A DNA stretch of 64,000 nt, taken from positions 29,437-93,436 of the IMG/VR virus record IMGVR_UViG_3300045988_007161; one strand, 5' to 3'. The position numbers and the translations under genes were made by a program. The notes beneath the pieces were generated by a model. It was given only the letters and a program-made list of their open reading frames with translations. It made no database searches and was not told the DNA's origin. Shown one piece after another: positions 62,614 to 64,000 of this stretch (the stretch's first letter is position 1; every line of letters begins with the position of its first letter). Origin of the DNA: a virus.

Positions 62614-63513
62614 ATGCAAAAGGATTTAGTTTTCTTCAAGAAGGAAGGTGAAGAAGGAGTAGCCTTAACTTCTACAAGTGCTAACCATATTGCTAATTTA
62701 GCTAAGGAGTATATTCAAGGTGTGGAGACACAACTGAATAATATATGCTTCTTTAATGTTGAGGTAGCATTGGTAGGCAGTGTTGGGGGTGCAAATACCA
62801 TTCAGACAGGGGAATCATCCGAAGTTTTAGATAGCTTACAATCATTACTTGAGGGGGTAGCACAGGCTAAATCCCTTATAGCTTGGTTGAGAGAAGGCAT
62901 CAAAGCTAAGGAGAACTTGATGAAGGGCTTGCAGACTATCAGCCTTGAGGATTGGTGTAAGGAGAATGGAATGGTTAAGCCTGAAACTCCTAACTATGGT
63001 CATGTATTGACTGAAGTAGAGTATTATGCTTCTCTTCCTATCAAGGAGAGAAACAGATACTATCAGTTAGAGACTGAGGCTGCTGTATTAGGTAAGTATA
63101 TTCATCCTGATGGGCACTTGTCTGATGCAAGAAAGGAGTTAAAGAACAAGATTTGTCATCCTCATAAAGTGGATGGTAAAGGTAGGGATGCCCTTATCTA
63201 CACTTACACTCCTACTACAAGCATAGCTATAGTAGATAATGTATTCTATGAACTTCAAAAGAAGCACAGAGAAATACAGGCTCAACTGAATGCTATGAAG
63301 TACAGCTGTGAGCAGGCTATCAATGAGTCCACTAACAAGGTGAACACAGAGTATATGGCTGCTTCACAAAAGTACCAAGCTGAACTCAAAGATGTATTAG
63401 GAGCCTTCAAGACATGGAAGGATGAGAAGTCTCAAGAGTACAGCAAGTTGAAGATTATAGTACCCAACTCCCTGTTGGGTATTTATAATACTATCAACTC
63501 TTTGGGCAAGTAA
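62614..63513 (+). CDS. hypothetical protein (299 aa)
   Basis: ORF track. Helical, no motif recognised. Confidence 0.55.
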   Translation: MQKDLVFFKKEGEEGVALTSTSANHIANLAKEYIQGVETQLNNICFFNVEVALVGSVGGANTIQTGESSEVLDSLQSLLEGVAQAKSLIAWLREGIKAKENLMKGLQTISLEDWCKENGMVKPETPNYGHVLTEVEYYASLPIKERNRYYQLETEAAVLGKYIHPDGHLSDARKELKNKICHPHKVDGKGRDALIYTYTPTTSIAIVDNVFYELQKKHREIQAQLNAMKYSCEQAINESTNKVNTEYMAASQKYQAELKDVLGAFKTWKDEKSQEYSKLKIIVPNSLLGIYNTINSLGK

Positions 63514-63779
63514 GTAAGGACTTGGGATATTAATCCCTAACCTTATTGAATACACATAGCAGGTATCTGTTCTTATTCATAGAATATACATAATTGCTAA
63601 TGAAAAGTGATATATCTAATGCTCAGCCATTAGATAGTCTGTTATTCCAAAATAACCAACCCTATGAAGTCTGACTGATGGAGGGATGTTCTTGTTCTTG
63701 GTGGAGTAACAGGTTCTTGCTATTGATATTGGCTTTGTGTTGATAGATACTTGCTATGTGTAACTTGTCTTTGTATCTT

Positions 63780-63838
63780 GGTGTAATGTAGCACACTGGG
63801 GTTAGCCAGAGGTTAGGTTCGAGTCCTAAGATACACCA
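63780..63838 (+). ncRNA. about 59-nt tRNA-like element: 6-bp acceptor helix, GG-containing D-like region and canonical T-arm, no anticodon arm
   Basis: GGUGUA-AUG-UAGC-ACACUGGGGUUA-GCCA-GAGG-UUAGG-UUCGAGU-CCUAA-GA-UACACC-A. Confidence 0.35.
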
Positions 63839-63875
63839 CATTTATTGTTTCACTTCTAAAAAAAGATGGAAAAGA

Positions 63876-64000
63876 ATGAAGAATGTGAGAGAGTTGATGG
63901 GTATTATTGAAGCCTTGAAACATACTCTTCACATTAAAATGGCAGAGGAGTTGAGAGAAAAAGCAGATAAGGGAGAAGCTACAGCAAGAGATGCAATGGC
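63876..64000 (+). CDS. 5' part of an ORF running off the window (MKNVRELMGIIEALKHTLHIKMAEELREKADKGEATARDAM...)
   Basis: Open frame from the ATG at 63876 to the window end. Confidence 0.3.
   Translation, partial: MKNVRELMGIIEALKHTLHIKMAEELREKADKGEATARDAM

Noticed and set aside
1-64000. rRNA genes, transposases, integrases, CRISPR-Cas or toxin-antitoxin cassettes
   Set aside because: No sequence resembling these was recognised on either strand. The mobile content is limited to freestanding homing-endonuclease genes.

Overview
AT-rich dsDNA phage fragment, most consistent with a crAss-like (Crassvirales) phage of a Bacteroidota host. Evidence: a giant 2443-aa ORF carrying the DFDVD metal-binding signature of crAss-type virion RNA polymerases, a terminase large subunit with Walker A/B and nuclease motifs, and a repeated Bacteroidota-type promoter (TTG-N20-TAnnTTTGCA). 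Three strand blocks: (i) 1-12.5 kb on +, with the vRNAP, a 1351-aa partner protein and a homing-endonuclease remnant; (ii) 12.6-58.9 kb on -, with giant virion/tail proteins, head genes, a lysis cassette, an esterase tail fibre, portal, TerL, small auxiliary genes (GroES-like, HNH, Dps-like and others) and a 29-gene tRNA array; (iii) 59.2-64 kb on +, with small early-type genes, tRNA-Arg(CCU), tRNA-like fragments and a complete tmRNA. All long ORFs are open in the standard code, and I found no canonical suppressor tRNA. The most interesting content is a translation-takeover module. Its tRNAs cover 19 of 20 amino acids (only Ala is missing). Several have non-canonical architecture, notably two tRNA-Ile-like genes whose D-loop and anticodon arm seem to have exchanged places. 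It also holds a phage tmRNA with a divergent tag (GNTSYRVAA) and tRNA-like RNAs lacking a foldable anticodon arm. Other observations: a 2451-aa virion protein combining a RecB-type nuclease motif set with HExxH; a 25/27-nt inverted repeat at both strand-switch points; several homopolymer-associated frame breaks; and freestanding homing-endonuclease genes and remnants. All folds, motifs and coordinates were worked out by eye. RNA ends may be off by 1-3 nt, and protein family calls rest on motifs I recognise, not on database searches.
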